Source of the DNA: Octopus bimaculoides | Taxonomy: Eukaryota | DNA length: 64,000 nt | Assembly: GCF_001194135.2 (NCBI RefSeq) | Contig: NC_068989.1 | Span: forward strand, 38,637,047-38,701,046 | Direction: 5' to 3' | In this document: positions 1-14,255 of the stretch, piece after piece | How positions within the stretch are numbered: the first letter of the stretch is position 1 | How the letters are laid out: every line of letters begins with the position of its first letter | The notes under the pieces: model-generated | Database searches by the model: none | What the model was told of the DNA's origin: nothing | What the model saw: the letters and a program-made list of their open reading frames with translations, nothing else | Made by a program: the position numbers and the translations under genes

Positions 1-1101
1 ACTGTTCTGACCTTGTCTACAGAATTCCTATATTTTCCGTCCAAATGATTTTGAAGACTGCAGAATAAATCGTAGTTAGATGGGGCAATGTCTGGTCAAT
101 ACCGTGGGTGGGGCATCGATTCCCATTCAGACTGCTCCAGCCTTTGGAATGTCAGCCACGCTGTATGTGGCTGAGCATTATCCTGATAACAGAACACCTT
201 TCGTCTTAAAACCAAAGATGGTTGTTTTTCTTCTAGCGTTGACTTAAGCCACTCAAGCTGCTCACAGTAGATTTCCTTTGTTATCGTTTGGTTTGGGGGG
301 TTTAAAAGTTCAAAGTGGACTAAACCTTTCATATCCCATCAAATAGATAACGACACATTACATAGGTGAAAACCTTCTTTAGCTTGGGGTGCCCATGCTT
401 CTCCTTTCCCTGCTCACTGTCTTTGGAACTTGCCATTTTTATAGAGAACCCATTTCTTGTCACCAGTCACTATTTGGTCCAAAGAAGGTTCTTTCGTGAG
501 ACGTGACAGCAAAGAAGAGCACACATTCACTCTCTGTCCACGATTAGACTCGAAAAGTTTGAGGAACCGTTGACCTAATTTGATGACATTTCCAATGACA
601 CACAGGTGTCGATGAATGGTTGAATGACCAAATCCAAGCTTCTCTGCTAGTTCCTCAACAGTTATAATGGAATTTCTTTCCACCAGTGTTTCCAGGATGA
701 TTTTGTCGATCTCTACAGATCTTCTAGGACAAGGTTTATCTTTTAGTCTGTAGTTTCTCGCTTGGAATTTCTGGAACCACTGTTGACACTGACTTATGCT
801 TATTGTCTGATCTCCATCCCTGTACTGCATTAATATTCCTCACACTTTCTGTTGCATTATTACCTTTATTGAACTCATAAAGCAAAATATGCTGAATATG
901 TTCCTTTGTCACTTCCATTGTAGCTTTGAAAAAATAACTATTAAAATCGAACTGCAGGCTTCAAAACTTGCACTAAGGATAAGGACAAGATAAAATTACT
1001 ACCTGCTTTTATAGCAAGTTGATGCAGGTAGTTTATCCCATCCCCCTCTGATTTTTAGTTCATGCAATTGAAAAAACTGCATTATTTATGGGAAGATCCA
1101 A
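1..1101 (-). mobile_element. Degenerate mariner (DD34D-type) transposon, truncated by window start
   Basis: Minus-strand fragments give a mariner N-terminal HTH (HIQHILLYEFNKGNNATESVRNINAV), DQIVTGDKKWVLY, GLVHFELLNPPNQTITKEIYCEQL and QDNAQPH...MPHPRY. The terminus reads TA|ttggatcttcccataaataatgcagtttttt on the minus strand (TA at 1102-1103). Frameshifted. Confidence 0.9.
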
Positions 1102-1594
1102 TATATGTGGAACCTTGTGGAATATAAACTCGCAAACATGAAAATATATTAGCCCAGCAAAGACCTTAGAGATCCTAACAATGCATTATACTTAAATACT
1201 ATAGCAAATATAAACTTGTCTTTAAGTCTTGATACAAAATCAGCACCTCTTGGCACAATTCCAATGATATACAGGCTAAAGTTTTGGATCTGTTAACATT
1301 GATCAACAAAAATAAAATATTTTTGCACAAAGCATTTTAAATAAAAATTTTACAAAAATCATATCATAAAACATTAACTTTGTTAAAAACACTTCCAGTT
1401 CTATAATAATATTGTTTACATCAACTAATGTTTTTCTTTCATTAGTTTTTATTTACTTTTATATTTTTAGTGTTCTTTTTTATGTTCTTCAATATTTATT
1501 CTTCCACCTACACACACACACACACACATACACACACACGCACACACACTATGGTAAATATAAACTTGTTTTTAAGTCTTAATACAAAATCACA

Positions 1595-1644
<50 letters not shown>

Positions 1645-3859
1645 ATGTTCATATTTTTTCGCATTACATATTTTATTAATATTTTTCTGCATCAGTTATG
1701 CTAAAGTGTGTGTATGTGAGTGTAGGTAGAAAACTACCTCAACAAGTCTCATTCCAATCATATCATGCTTTATACTTCAATACATACTTCCTTACATACA
1801 GTTTAAAGTGGCAACTTAGCAAAATTGATAGAATGATTTGAGGTATCAGTTGCAGTAACTTCTTCTGCACACTGAGTTCAAATCTTACTAAGGTCAACAG
1901 GTCAACTTTGACATTCAGCTTTGCTAGGATTGCTGAAATGAATACTACAAGGCATTCTACCTCTTGCTATCCCATTTCTAGCAGTTCAAAAACATTCATT
2001 ACTAGAAAATATAATTTGAACTATTATGAATTTTATTCTATGTTTAGTAAGATGATATGGATGCAATTCATTAAAATTAAAGCCAAAAATAAGACATAGA
2101 ATTTGAATATCATGATGGTGAAATGTAAGGTAAGCTGAAAAATAGGTGGGCTTTGTTAAAATTAGGTGTGCTGAAATAAATGATAAAGCTTGAAAAAAAT
2201 CTGGAGGAGGAGGTGATTGTAGTAATACATATGTTAAAGAAGGAAATTTTAGCATTTAATTGGAGATGGGGTGGGTGGGGGAAATTGGATAAATGTACAG
2301 AGTAGCTGTTGAAATTGAGAAAATAATGATGGAAGTAAATTAAGTGGAAAATTTTAAAAAGATAATTTGGTGTATTATTAAAATCAATGTAATTAAATGT
2401 CATCAATTTCTATGTTTCTATGTGATGAAGAAGAATATAATATTCTGAAAGTTTGTGTGGATAAAAATTCTTTTGTCGCTGGGTAGCAGAACAAACAATA
2501 TAATAGGGTATGATGTTGGCAGATATCCCACACAAATATGCACAATTATCAAGAAATGAATATATGCTTGATGATCCACAGAGCAAGATAACTAGTTGGT
2601 GGTGTGAGACATGACTGTGTGAATGCTTTGCAGCCATATAATTTTAGATTCCATCCCATCAGGTACCTTTTCTTCGACTAACACCCCAAGATAACCAAAG
2701 CTCTGGGAGTGATTATTAGTAGATGGAAACTAAAAGAATTTTGTCATATCTGTTTGTGTTTGAGTGTCTGTATGTGAATGCATTTCTGTGTGCTTACATT
2801 TGTACTTCTATGAAAATCACTGACATGCAAGTAGTGATATTGTTGCCATTTCCTTTGACAAAATATCATCTGTTGGCTCGTAGTTGAAAATGTTGAGTAA
2901 GAGAACTCTTACTTGTAAATCAGAAAAATAGTTAGCAATAAAGGGCTTTCCATCGTAAAACAATGTCTCAGTATGGAAATACTGATGTGAAAATCAATGA
3001 ATAGTTAAAAACATTGGCTATCACACACCATCAAAGATGACTTGGTATCAAGCTTGTACCACCATGTGTTGCTAATGGCTTTATATGGATGTGTAATTAT
3101 GAGCAGACACATACACCCTTTCAGCCCACTCAGCTTTTATCCAGTAGAATATCCCAGAGAGTGGAAGAGCTGATAGTTTTATTCGTTGATCGCAGAAAAA
3201 GGAAAGGCAAAGCTGACCTCAACAAAATTTCAACTAATGGCATAGACACTAAATATCACAACCAACACCCTAAGAACTGTATCAATCTATTAACTGCCTA
3301 ATATATGCATACATATGTGTGTGTATGTGAGCAAACAAAAGAAACTGTTTGAAAGTGTTTTTAAAAGGTTTACTCAGTCTCACATTACTCAATGTTTCAT
3401 AGATATAAATAGCCATCTAGCTGGACAGATATCTTGGCTTAAAGGGACAAGAAAGAAAAATGGCTTCTAAATGATAATATTCAGGGGACCTCTATTGGTT
3501 AGTTCATGTCTTGTGAGAAATTAGGTAAATCAGCAACAAAATATATAATTTTGTTTATGTTCTGTGTAGTTGAGGAGAAAGTCTAGTGGTGCCTGCTGAT
3601 CTACAACCTTCACAAATATAATGATATCAAAAAAGGAAAAGAAAGATTGGAATGGAATGTGCCTATTGTTCCACATAATGGGGCAATTAATTTGTTGGTG
3701 TCATGTTGCATATGAATGTGTTAACAACATCACATAGTGTATCTGTGGAGTCATGTTATTGGGCAAGGTGTTGCATATAATGTTTAATGTATATGTAACT
3801 GGGTGGTCATTGAAAGGAGAACAGTCTCATTTTGGGTCAGCTAGAGTTATTATGGTACT

Positions 3860-4105
3860 TCTGAGGTACTGGCAGCTAATGGCTGAAAGTTAATTAACAG
3901 GGAATTCTCTGTTAGCAACAATTTTTCTGTTGATGATTCTGTAGACTGTTATGGTATATGCCATTCTCATGGAGGTAGATCTTTCAATTATGGATTCCAG
4001 GTGAATAAGCAGATCTCTCAATGTTGCTCCACTTGATGTTGTGGTAGTTTTTTCCTTGGTTCTGGGGTCTTCAGAGGATGCAGAACAAAGAGGAGGAGAC
4101 TTCAC
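3860..4105 (-). mobile_element. Possible degraded Penelope-like element (GIY-YIG C-terminal) fragment
   Basis: Minus frame YHNIKWSNIERSAYSPGIHN*KIYLHE loosely resembles the PLE endonuclease tail motif (Y.IKWSI...Y.P....C.LCL.E). Weak. Confidence 0.3.
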
Positions 4106-4369
4106 TGTAGGTCATTAGTATATAATTACAGCAATTAAAATATATGTTAAGACATATTTTATACAAATATAAACATATATGAATACAGGCTTATCTTTCA
4201 CATACATGTATGTGCATAACATATTGGAGATATGTTCATCTTAAATTTAAAGCAAAGCAATTATCTAAAATAAGCTTAATTTTAAAATTATTATTCAATT
4301 TTGTTTTGATTTCATTTCATTTTAAGTAAAATGCCATCAACTTACTGATTTTCTTTAACTTTTTTCTAG

Positions 4370-4643
4370 GTATTTGGCCACAACACATTTTGAACCGGCA
4401 TCTGCTCGGCTGGCATTTCCTTGTTTTGATGAGCCGGACAAGAAAGCAAATTTCACACTTTTTATGGTGAGAGAACAGCGTCACAAAACTCTGTTCAATA
4501 TGCCTTTAAAGACAACTACATCTTATATTCATGGACTTTTCTTGGATTCTTTTGATACAACACCAAAAATGAGTACCTACCTAGTTTCATTTGTTGTTTC
4601 TGATTTTGCATCAGTCAGTGGAATAAGCAAAACTGGAATTAAG
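4370..4643 (+). CDS. Internal coding exon of an M1-family zinc aminopeptidase (ERAP1/2-, glutamyl-aminopeptidase- or aminopeptidase-N-like)
   Basis: Polypyrimidine tract plus TAG acceptor (4367-4369) and AAG|GTAAAT donor (GT 4644-4645). Translation (R)YLATTHFEPASARLAFPCFDEPDKKANFTLFMVREQRHKTLFNMPL...FDTTPKMSTYLVSFVVSDFASVSGISKTGIK contains the M1 N-terminal motifs FEP..AR.AFPCFDEP, NMP and TPKMSTYLV.FVVSDF. Phase 2 at start, phase 0 at end. Confidence 0.96.
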
Positions 4644-5159
4644 GTAAATCATCAACAATATTTATTTCCTGTGCAATTGTCTCCCTATTTCTCTTTGTTG
4701 TAATTTATATTTCTTACTTTTGTTTTGTATGTGTGTGTACAATACATTTTTTTCTATATATATTATAAATGCAAATAGACATTCTTATATTTAACCCATA
4801 TAGGTAAAATTTCTATTAATTGTATTCAATATAAATTATGGAAGCAACAATTTATGAGATCACATGCAGAGTGTCAGAAATAGAAGACTTGTGTGGCTGG
4901 TGCAAGAATATGTGAAATATAAACGTTTACAGATACTCAGAAGACTCTCAAAAAATAGTTGGCAAATGAATGAAGTCCTTAGTGATATTTTTTTCTGTAC
5001 CAAATTACAGACACTTCCTTGCCACTTTCACCATCAGAAGTAAGCTGAACTAGTTATTGGCTCAGTGATTAGAACCAGTAATTAGCCCATAACAATTATT
5101 TTGTTGCTCACCTATTGCAATATAGAATAAATAATTTCTTACACACTTCTCTTTGGTGA

Positions 5160-5440
5160 AGTGCATGGCTTAGTAGTTATGGTATTTGGCTTACAATCGT
5201 AAGATCATGAGTTCAATACCTGGCAGCATGTTGTGTCCTTGAGCAAGACACTTTATTTCACATTGCTCCAGTTCACTCACTTGACAAAAAGGAGTAGCAC
5301 CTGTGTCATACTGAATCTCCCGGAGAACTACATTAAGGGTGCATGTATCCGTGGAGTGCTCAGCCACTTGCATGTCAATTTCCCAAGCAAGCTGATCCAT
5401 TGATCAGATCAACTGGAACCCTCGTTGTTGTAACAAATGG
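5160..5440 (+). mobile_element. tRNA-derived SINE, family D (tgtccttgagcaagacacttt core)
   Basis: A-box-like TGGCTTAGTAG and B-box-like GTTCAATACC, followed by the core GTGTCCTTGAGCAAGACACTTTATTT. Related copies at ~34150-34410 (+), ~45030-45160 (-) and ~61020-61150 (-). Confidence 0.8.
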
Positions 5441-6167
5441 AGAGATATTTAAAAAAGTTTCTTTTTTATTTTGCATAGGTGACATCCCCAAGTGGATAAA
5501 ATAGTAAGCCTCTCATCATTGGTTGATAGCTTCAATTCCCCTGGATATCAGATTACAGGGTCTATGCTACTTGGAATTTATAAATATCATGTGCATCAAT
5601 TATTTGGTAAATGATACAAAATGACAGGTAACAACCAGCCCAGAAGCATATGTTTTGGGGAAGCTTAAGACAAATTTACTTAGCTATCTTTATTCCAGAT
5701 CTGGATAAGATAATTCATTTTGACAGTATTAAATTCAGTAGAAATATGTGACACCATTTCATTTCAAGTTCACCTTAGCATGAACTTGGTGTTTATTTAA
5801 TAAATCAATGAACATTGTTTAATCAGCTAATAAATTTATTGTTCTATGAAGTAGTGAACGTATTGTGTAATAAACCAATGGGGATATCATTTAATGAACT
5901 AGTAAGCATGTAGTTCAATGATATTGTTAAAAAAATTAGTAAAAATACTGCTTGATAAACAAGTAAACATAAGTTTTCTCTGATGTTTCCTTATCAGTCA
6001 GGTCTGTTGATGTGTTTTTATTAATTCTGGTTTTAACTCCTAATCATCGACTGATGCGTGGTTTGCATTTGGTCTTTCATGTGTGTGTATGTGTGTCTGT
6101 GCACCTGTGTGACCATGTGTCATATGATATGTGACTACATATATTAGTTAGCAGGCATAGGAATGTC

Positions 6168-6210
<43 letters not shown>

Positions 6211-7036
6211 ATGCATGCACATTTATTTGATTCCAAGTCTAATGGATAGACACACACACACACACACTCCCTGGAAATGAAAAGCAAGAAATAAGGCAAC
6301 TAATGAAAGACTGACAGACAGAAAGAGAGACAAACTGACAAGACAGAGAGAGGTGTTAGAAAGAAATGGAGACAGGCAGGGTAAGAGAGAGAGAATGATG
6401 GAAAGAGATAGAGAAGAAGAAGAGTGAAAGGGAGTGAGAAAGAGAGAAAGAGAGGGAGAAAATAACCAAGAATTGGGGATAATCAGCTTTTCATTGTTGT
6501 TTTGATATAAATATAATATAAACAGCATCATTGACATGTTACCAAATTTTATGATTTTTCTGTGGTTTTTGTCTGTTAATTTTTCTTGCCACTGTTGTTA
6601 TTATTATGATCTAATTTCATTTTCTCATTATTCTCACACTAAAACATTAATAAATATACTGAGCAAAACAAACATAACTGGAACTACGGTGTCATTGTCA
6701 ACAGTGATATAAGGTGATTTCACTACTCTAGTTTATTCTACATATTCTTCTGCTTGTTTAAATGTTTGTCTATGAAACCCAGTAGAAATATGATTACTCT
6801 GATATTTACTTGCCAAGTCTCTGATGTTTTTCCAGCTGACCAGTGACTGTGTCATGTTCTATATGTTTGCCCATCAAACAAGAACGTGTATTATACACAT
6901 TCTACGTATTTGAAGTTTAAAAAATAAAAATAAAAATCAGTGTAGCTGATATTATGTTCTCTGTATGGTTTATTTCTCACGTCACTGAATCAATATTATA
7001 TACTGCCTGTTTGATATTGTTAGTCAATGATACATG

Positions 7037-7076
<40 letters not shown>

Positions 7077-9046
7077 TATATATATATATATAACTATATA
7101 TATGTGTGTGTGTGCTGCCCTTCCTATAACTCATAATCATACAGACATGATGCTTTTATAAAGCCACTCTGGCTGGTATATTTAAAGGAAAGGGTGAAAT
7201 TAGAGGTTAGTTGTGTTATCCTTTGACAACCAGTGCATTCTTGGAACAAGTAGCACAACATAGACAAGAATTTCATGACCAAATTTTAATCTGAAAATAT
7301 TGGATACTGCCACTACAGTGCCTTGTGCTTCTTACAGCCAGTTGGTCTCATACTGTCTCCTCTCAGAAACACCCAGATCATACATCTGTTCTCTTCTTGT
7401 CTCCCAGCTCATGCCCTTGTCCCTTCTCCATTTTTACTCTAGATGCATTAATAACCATTAATCCAATCCTTCTTCCTCTGCCTGTCATTTTTCCTTTGTT
7501 CCATCAATACCCATGTTTGTTTGGCAATTGTTAACTTAGTGGTTTGGTCTGTAGGAAGAGATTATAGCCTTGGTCTTTGCAGTTCCTACAAGACCAGTGA
7601 GGTGGATGATGTTGAAGTTGTTCAAAAAGAACATCAACTCCAGGATGAAGGACATGCCTTCTTCCTCAAGACTAAACCATTAAAAATTAAGGAAAAAGTA
7701 ATAGACTTTTTTTTTACAGTTTTAATAATTCAATAAAAATCAAAATCATAAGCTTGAAAGTATTGAATGAAGGTAGTGAAGAATATGTCCTACAAATGCT
7801 AGTAATCACTTTCAAGGTTTTAGTCAATGATATTAATTTACTATCAAATATTTATTTTATTGACCCCATAATAGGGGAGAAGGACAAATCCTTGTTTAGG
7901 CAAAAAGGTACACAACCTGATCTACAGGGTCTTCTATATTCTTCAGCACACTTCTTCTGTGTCCTCAGCTCACTTCTAAACAATTTTTTCTATACATTTT
8001 ACATTATCTTTTATACTCTTGTACAGTTACTTATATACACTTCTTCTACTGTCTTCTATACACCTATACAATGAATGCTATGCACTTCTGTTGTATTTTC
8101 TATTCTCTACACAATGTCTTTACAGTTCTACAATGTCTTTTAGACATCTTTACAATGACATCTCTACACTTGTTTGACTCACCAATTCTTTGGTGCCACC
8201 CTTATAAATACAATAATACAAACTCACACATGTCCTTGAGTTCAGCTGTTGCCTCTTACTTCTGCTACCATCTAATTACTTTTATAGAACTATTCTGGCC
8301 TGTGCAATATAACTTTGTATTATTTCTTTCATCTGTTACTCAGCTGATCACTGCAATATACTGTTCATGGATCCATTAAGATGTTAGGACAAATGCTTGT
8401 ATTTATATATGAAGAGGCATACCTATTGTAGTTATTGTATATAAAATAACAATATGCTACAATATTTCTTTATTGTATCATATGCACGCACACATACACA
8501 CACAAATTCATGTTTTAAAATTTTATTTCACATGTATTATTGTCTTATTCATTCTCTTCATAATCCCTTGCATGTTACAATCTATCTATCTATCTATCTA
8601 TCTATATATATANNNNNNNNNNNNNNNNNNNNNNNNNNNNNNNNNNNNNNNNNNNNNNNNNNNNNNNNNNNNNNNNNNNNNNNNNNNNNNNNNNNNNNNN
8701 NNNNNNNNNNNNNNNNNNNNNNNNNNNNNNNNNNNNNNNNNNNNNNNNNNNNNNNNNNNNNNNNNNNNNNNNNNNNNNNNNNNNNNNNNNNNNNNNNNNN
8801 NNNNNNNNNNNNNNNNNNNNNNNNNNNNNNNNNNNNNNNNNNNNNNNNNNNNNNNNNNNNNNNNAGGAGATGGGGAAGAAGTGATGTTAGTGTGTATTCC
8901 TGTATTTCTCCATATAATTAATTTTGGGAAATTTCTTTCATTCATTCACTATTACCAGAATTTATTTATTGATAGAAGTGTGTATGCAGTGTAATATATA
9001 ATTCTTTAGATAGGTACATATGTGTATTTGTGAGAATATACATTTA

Positions 9047-9281
9047 CAGGGTTGCCCAAAAGTAGTTTTACAGTTATCACGTAGGCACTTTAAATTTCTT
9101 TTAAAACATTTTATTACATTTAAATTTCTATCTTACACACTGAAAAGGAAGCTTGACAAAATTTAAAAAATTAGCATAGAATAATAGTTTCATATTCTTT
9201 TATAATTAAGATCTAAACTGTTAATATATGAATGCAAAAGAGATAGTTGAATAATTGTAAACCTACTTTTAGGCTACCCTG
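9047..9281. mobile_element. Tc1/mariner-type MITE (~235 bp)
   Basis: ~31-bp imperfect TIRs (cagggttgcccaaaagtagttttacagttat / reverse complement cagggtagcctaaaagtaggtttacaattat) flanked by TA on both sides (9045-9046, 9282-9283). No ORF. Confidence 0.85.
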
Positions 9282-9708
9282 TATATTTTGTTATTTATAA
9301 TAATAAATATATATGTGAATATATAAATGCACACATAAACACACACACACAAACATCTAAACAATATGGATGTATCTTTATGGAATTTGCTTGAGACCAA
9401 AGGATTCTGGGTTGTATCCTAAGTTATAACATCTTGGCGCAATATCATTTTCCATAGCCTTTAGTCATGTGAGTTGAATTAGGTAAATGAAAACCATGTA
9501 GAAGCCTACTGAATGGATTGTACCTGTAATTTAAAAGGTGTTACCTTAACACACTCTGTGTCCCATTGGTCCTGCTTGAAGATTTCATTAAGGGTACATA
9601 TATCTATGATATACACTGTGACTTTCACCTTTATTCAGGTGCAGGTAATTTTGTTGATTGTTTATTGATCAACTTAATCTGCTTCATTGAACATCAGAAG
9701 TTTGCTAT

Positions 9709-9753
<45 letters not shown>

Positions 9754-10100
9754 ATATATGAATACATAAATACACGTGTGTGTGTGTGTGTGTATATATA
9801 TGCATATCTGTATGCATACCTACTTAAGNNNNNNNNNNNNNNNNNNNNNNNNNNNNNNTATATATATATATATATATATATATGTAACCTGTATAGTGCC
9901 TATATCAACAGAGCTAATTAAGCTGTTTCTCTGTAGATTGAAAAACTCATAAACAATCTTAATCAATTCTTGAATCTTATTGGATTCTCATCAGAGATGT
10001 CTACATCAATTTGACTAATTCCTGAGAAAGAAGCAGCCTATCTGTTTATATACTCAACATTTACTCTAGATACAGAAAACGACCTACCAGTTTGCATACT

Positions 10101-10112
10101 GTAAGTGTGTGT

Positions 10113-10203
<91 letters not shown>

Positions 10204-10222
10204 TATACACACACACACACAC
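10101..10222. repeat. (CA)n microsatellite, representative of many CA/TA/GA tracts in the window
   Basis: Directly visible. Similar tracts at e.g. 6170-6208, 14190-14252, 14880-14966, 16580-16643, 29980-30020 and 61210-61330. Confidence 0.99.
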
Positions 10223-11164
10223 AACCATCTGTTACCTTTTACACCTTTATGGAATTAACTCCCTCTCTTCATCCCCTACTTCCTGATTCACAATCCATAT
10301 CCACTCTTACACTCACCTTATTGTACCTTTAATGTTTGCTCTGACACCCACCTTGTCATCATTATATTTATCTTAGCTACTTTCACCCATCCTTATACAA
10401 TACAGAGTAGTTGAGTGTCTCCTCCATAGCAAGATACCTATCATTGTCCCGCTGTCAAAATTTAACCTCTCAGCACCTGGTAAAGAAGCCACTTATCCTT
10501 CTTAGATAAACTATCCCATCTTGGTTAAGAGGGACCTTCCTCCTTTCCTTGTCCTGCAAATTACCTGGTAATCTGACTTGTGCAGGTGAGAAGAAAAAAT
10601 GCTCCCAATACATAATGGTTGGTGTTAAGAAGGGCACCCAGACCTAGAAACCATGCTAAAGCTGATACTGAAGCTCATCACTGTCCTGTGGCTCCTCAGA
10701 TCCTGTCAAACCGTCTGATTCATGCCAATATGGAAATTTGGATCTTAAATGTTGATAATAGTGGTGATATACATAAATGCACACATATTTATATCTGTAC
10801 GCACACACATGCATGCTCATTTCTTATTCATTCTCTGTATGTCTACTTCTTCATTCTTTCATAATTTGACAAAACTGTTATTTTAGGCATTGTTTTATTG
10901 CCTGATTTCTTCCTTAACCCTTATTTGTTTTGCTATAAGTGATCTCTTATTCCTGATGGTTTCATATATGCAAATTACTGTTTGATTTGATGACAGGAGA
11001 AACGATATCACCCACTGCACTTTTATGCATTTGATCACAGAAGTAAAGAACCACACTCATGCACTCATATAGCTATGCACTATACACACACACACACACA
11101 CACACACACATGCATACGTGCATACACAAACACATGTAGATATGTATATATACACACACATAGA

Positions 11165-11330
11165 TACATATCTGCCAGTTATCTGTTAGTTTCCACCTAC
11201 CAAATCCACTCATAAGGCTTTGATTGGCCTTGAGGCTAGAGTGTAAGAAACTTGCTCAAGGTTCTACACATTAGGTCTCAGCACAAAACCATATGGTTGA
11301 GAAGTGAACTTCTTCACCACATTGCCCTGA
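11165..11330 (-). mobile_element. SINE family A, left (tRNA-containing) half only
   Basis: Reverse complement matches the family A head and body (gcaagtttcttacactctagcctcaaggccaatcaaagccttatgagtggatttggtagg). Confidence 0.8.
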
Positions 11331-12123
11331 AATATATTTCATCTTTAGCAATAATTTATACTTTGACCAACTGACATTTAGGCAATCTACATTAATATAA
11401 GGAACCTAATAGACTGAACGCAAGGTCAAAATAAATCTTGAACTTTTATGTTCAAAATTTGCCTTCATTTAGCTAGCATTCAATTCCTTATAAAGCAAAA
11501 CAATTTATAATTTTGGAAGAGTAAGCATATTAGAGGAAAATTTTCACAATATACAGCTTTCTGACTTCACAATTGTAAAGACATGTTGAGTTAGAGTAAA
11601 TGGTTTTCAGAACTGTGCAAGTAATTAGTATTTATTTTCTCTATAAATGAAGTGCATATTGATGATAACAATATTTTAACAGAGTTAAACACCTAAAACT
11701 GAAAATGTTCTCATTGTTAGAACTTCAACTCAACTGACCCAGTATTAATAAACATATGCTGGCACAGCTATAAAACATCTGCAATTTCTCAAACTGTCAC
11801 ATTACATGTTAGAAATGAAATTGAATCTGAAGGAATAAATGAAATATTTAAGAACATAGATATAATTTCTTCGTATTAGATATGCAGAAATTGGAATAGT
11901 TCAGTTAAGAAAGGACACTGTCCCAAAGCATATCTGTGGAATAATCTAAAGAAAATTAAGTTAGCTATGAGCTTTATTCAAAAGATAATTCCTCAAGTAG
12001 AGTCAGTTGTCTTTCATAGCAATTTAAAGAAGAACAAGGGAATGATGCTTTCATGATAAAACATTATAATTGCTAAACTATAGAAGTTGAGAATTAAATG
12101 TGTCAGAAAAATATCCACTCATA

Positions 12124-12956
12124 TAAGGTGATATCAAAAAGTTCCAAGACTAGTTGTGTTTAATAACAAATAACTTATTTACCTAACTTTTAACATCATC
12201 TCCTTTGAAATAGTCACCTTGTGCAGCAATTCATCAGTCCCAGCATTCCTGCCACTTTTTGAAATCCAGGCTGGAAGTCGTTTTCTTTAAGTGAGTTGAG
12301 GACCTTCTGTGATTCACTTTTGATTTCATCAATGGTGTTAAAACAGCAACCTTTGAGCTACATTTTCATCTTGGGAAAGAGATGAAAATCTGCATGTGCT
12401 AAATCTGGTAAATAGGGTGAATGTGAAAGTGATATCATATTGTTTTGGCAAAGAAACTCATGAGTGAGGAGAGCTCAGTGACAGGGGTGCATTGTCGGTG
12501 TGAAGAATCCATTTCTTCACACTCCACATATCTGGTTACCTTCACTGAATGTTGTCCTTCAAATGTTTCAAAACATGGCAATTGAACTCTCGATTGACAA
12601 TGTGCATGCTTTTGATTAAACTGTGGCTCGAAACATTGTGTACAACCCAATGCCTCATCACCATAAGCTTGCTGAAGAATGCTCAATGTTTCTGTAGCAG
12701 ACTTCCTGAGTTTAACGAAAAATTTTGCATTGGCTCTTTGTTCCAACTTCCTGTCCATGAGAAAAATCACAGACTACAGCAGCATACATGTGATTACAAA
12801 AACACAAATTTCACAACTTGCAAAGTAAACACAGTGATGTCACTTGGCACACTACCTCATGAAGGTCACTGCTAGCTCTTGCTGTACATGCAACTATGTG
12901 CTGCAATCTGTTGGCATGCTACAGAACTAGTTCGGGAACTTTTCAATACCACCTCA
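12124..12956 (-). mobile_element. Internally deleted mariner transposon (833 bp)
   Basis: TIRs taaggtgatatcaaaaagttcc / tgaggtggtattgaaaagttcc with TA at 12122-12123 and 12957-12958. N-terminal MDRKLEQRANAKFFVKLRKSATETLSILQQAYGDEAL is fused directly to a catalytic-domain remnant and a C-terminal AAQGDYF motif. Confidence 0.9.
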
Positions 12957-13022
12957 TAGATAACATGGTTGTGATGATAAGAACTCTGCCCTGAAAGTAC
13001 AGTTATGGAAATCTATCTAGGC

Positions 13023-13064
<42 letters not shown>

Positions 13065-14198
13065 CTATTTTCTGATCCAGTAGGTGATTTTAAGATCTTT
13101 ATGCATAGGGTGACTTTGAGATGAGATGTCGATGATTCTCTGTACTGAATGTTAAAGAGAAATGAAGATCAGTTATATTTATATATGAGTTTGTGTTAGA
13201 ATAATGAGAATGGTTATGTGCCAAAAAATCTGAATTAAGTCTTGAAGAAAATAAATCAATAGATTATGTGGAAGAGATCCCCATTGACAGATGCTACAAT
13301 GGAAAGTTCCATTCCAAGAGAAGAGGTATTTTGGTAAAAGGCTTTTTTTGACCATTTCTTGTAAGAGGACCTCCTAGTAAAGTTGTCTTCTCTCTCTAAA
13401 GTTCTCAAGAATGACAGATTACTGGTTCAGGACATTTGAAAAGTAAGTATGATACTATAAACCCAACCATACAAATGTCATTGAGGAGAGAGATACTCAA
13501 GCTGATAAATGATTTGATTGTTAATGATTGTTGACTGACTCTATCACTTCTTTTCCATGAAGGAAATGAAATCAATAGAACAGTGTTAAAGATATTACCA
13601 TTTGTGGGATAGGAACGTCACATATTTCCATAGAATGGGATAGGCTCCTGCACAGAGAAAAGGATAACAGAATTTGCAGAAAATAAAACTGAACCAGGAG
13701 CACACTGAGTTGAGAAATTAACAACAAAAACCACCTCCATAGAGAGGTGGTTTTTGATGTTAGAGTTATATTTTTCACTATACTTTCTCATATATTATTT
13801 TCAAAGAGTACAATCTTCTGTCACAATTTGTTCAATGTCTTACAGAGCAAGTAAAGCAGTTATATTTCAAATACATTTATTTTTAAAAGATGCTAAGGGG
13901 GTTTACAGGAGCAGCCTTCCTTGCAATTATATAAACATAGATATACAATACTTTACATGACAGCTACATGATGTGTATATAATGTATTTAATACGGTAAT
14001 GGTATAATATGAGCAAAATATAGTAGGTATAATGTGTGTATAGTACACTTTATATAGAAGTTAATATGTATCAACATAATAGACCATACAGTAGTAAAAA
14101 TGTCTGAATATCAATAGTAATAACATGCGTATTGCAGATTCTATAGTAGATATATTTGTGCATTTGATAGTTTATTAAGTATTGGAGGCATATGCAGG

Positions 14199-14255
<57 letters not shown>

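Noticed and set aside
5479-5500. Acceptor-like ttgcatag|GTG as the next aminopeptidase exon
   Set aside because: It reads VTSPSG* with an immediate stop and has no similarity to the expected V.VYA exon.
7440-8400. Possible Penelope/LINE N-terminal relic on the minus strand (LNKDLSFSP-like motif) with degenerate short repeats
   Set aside because: One weak motif and no continuous frame; insufficient to call without a database search.
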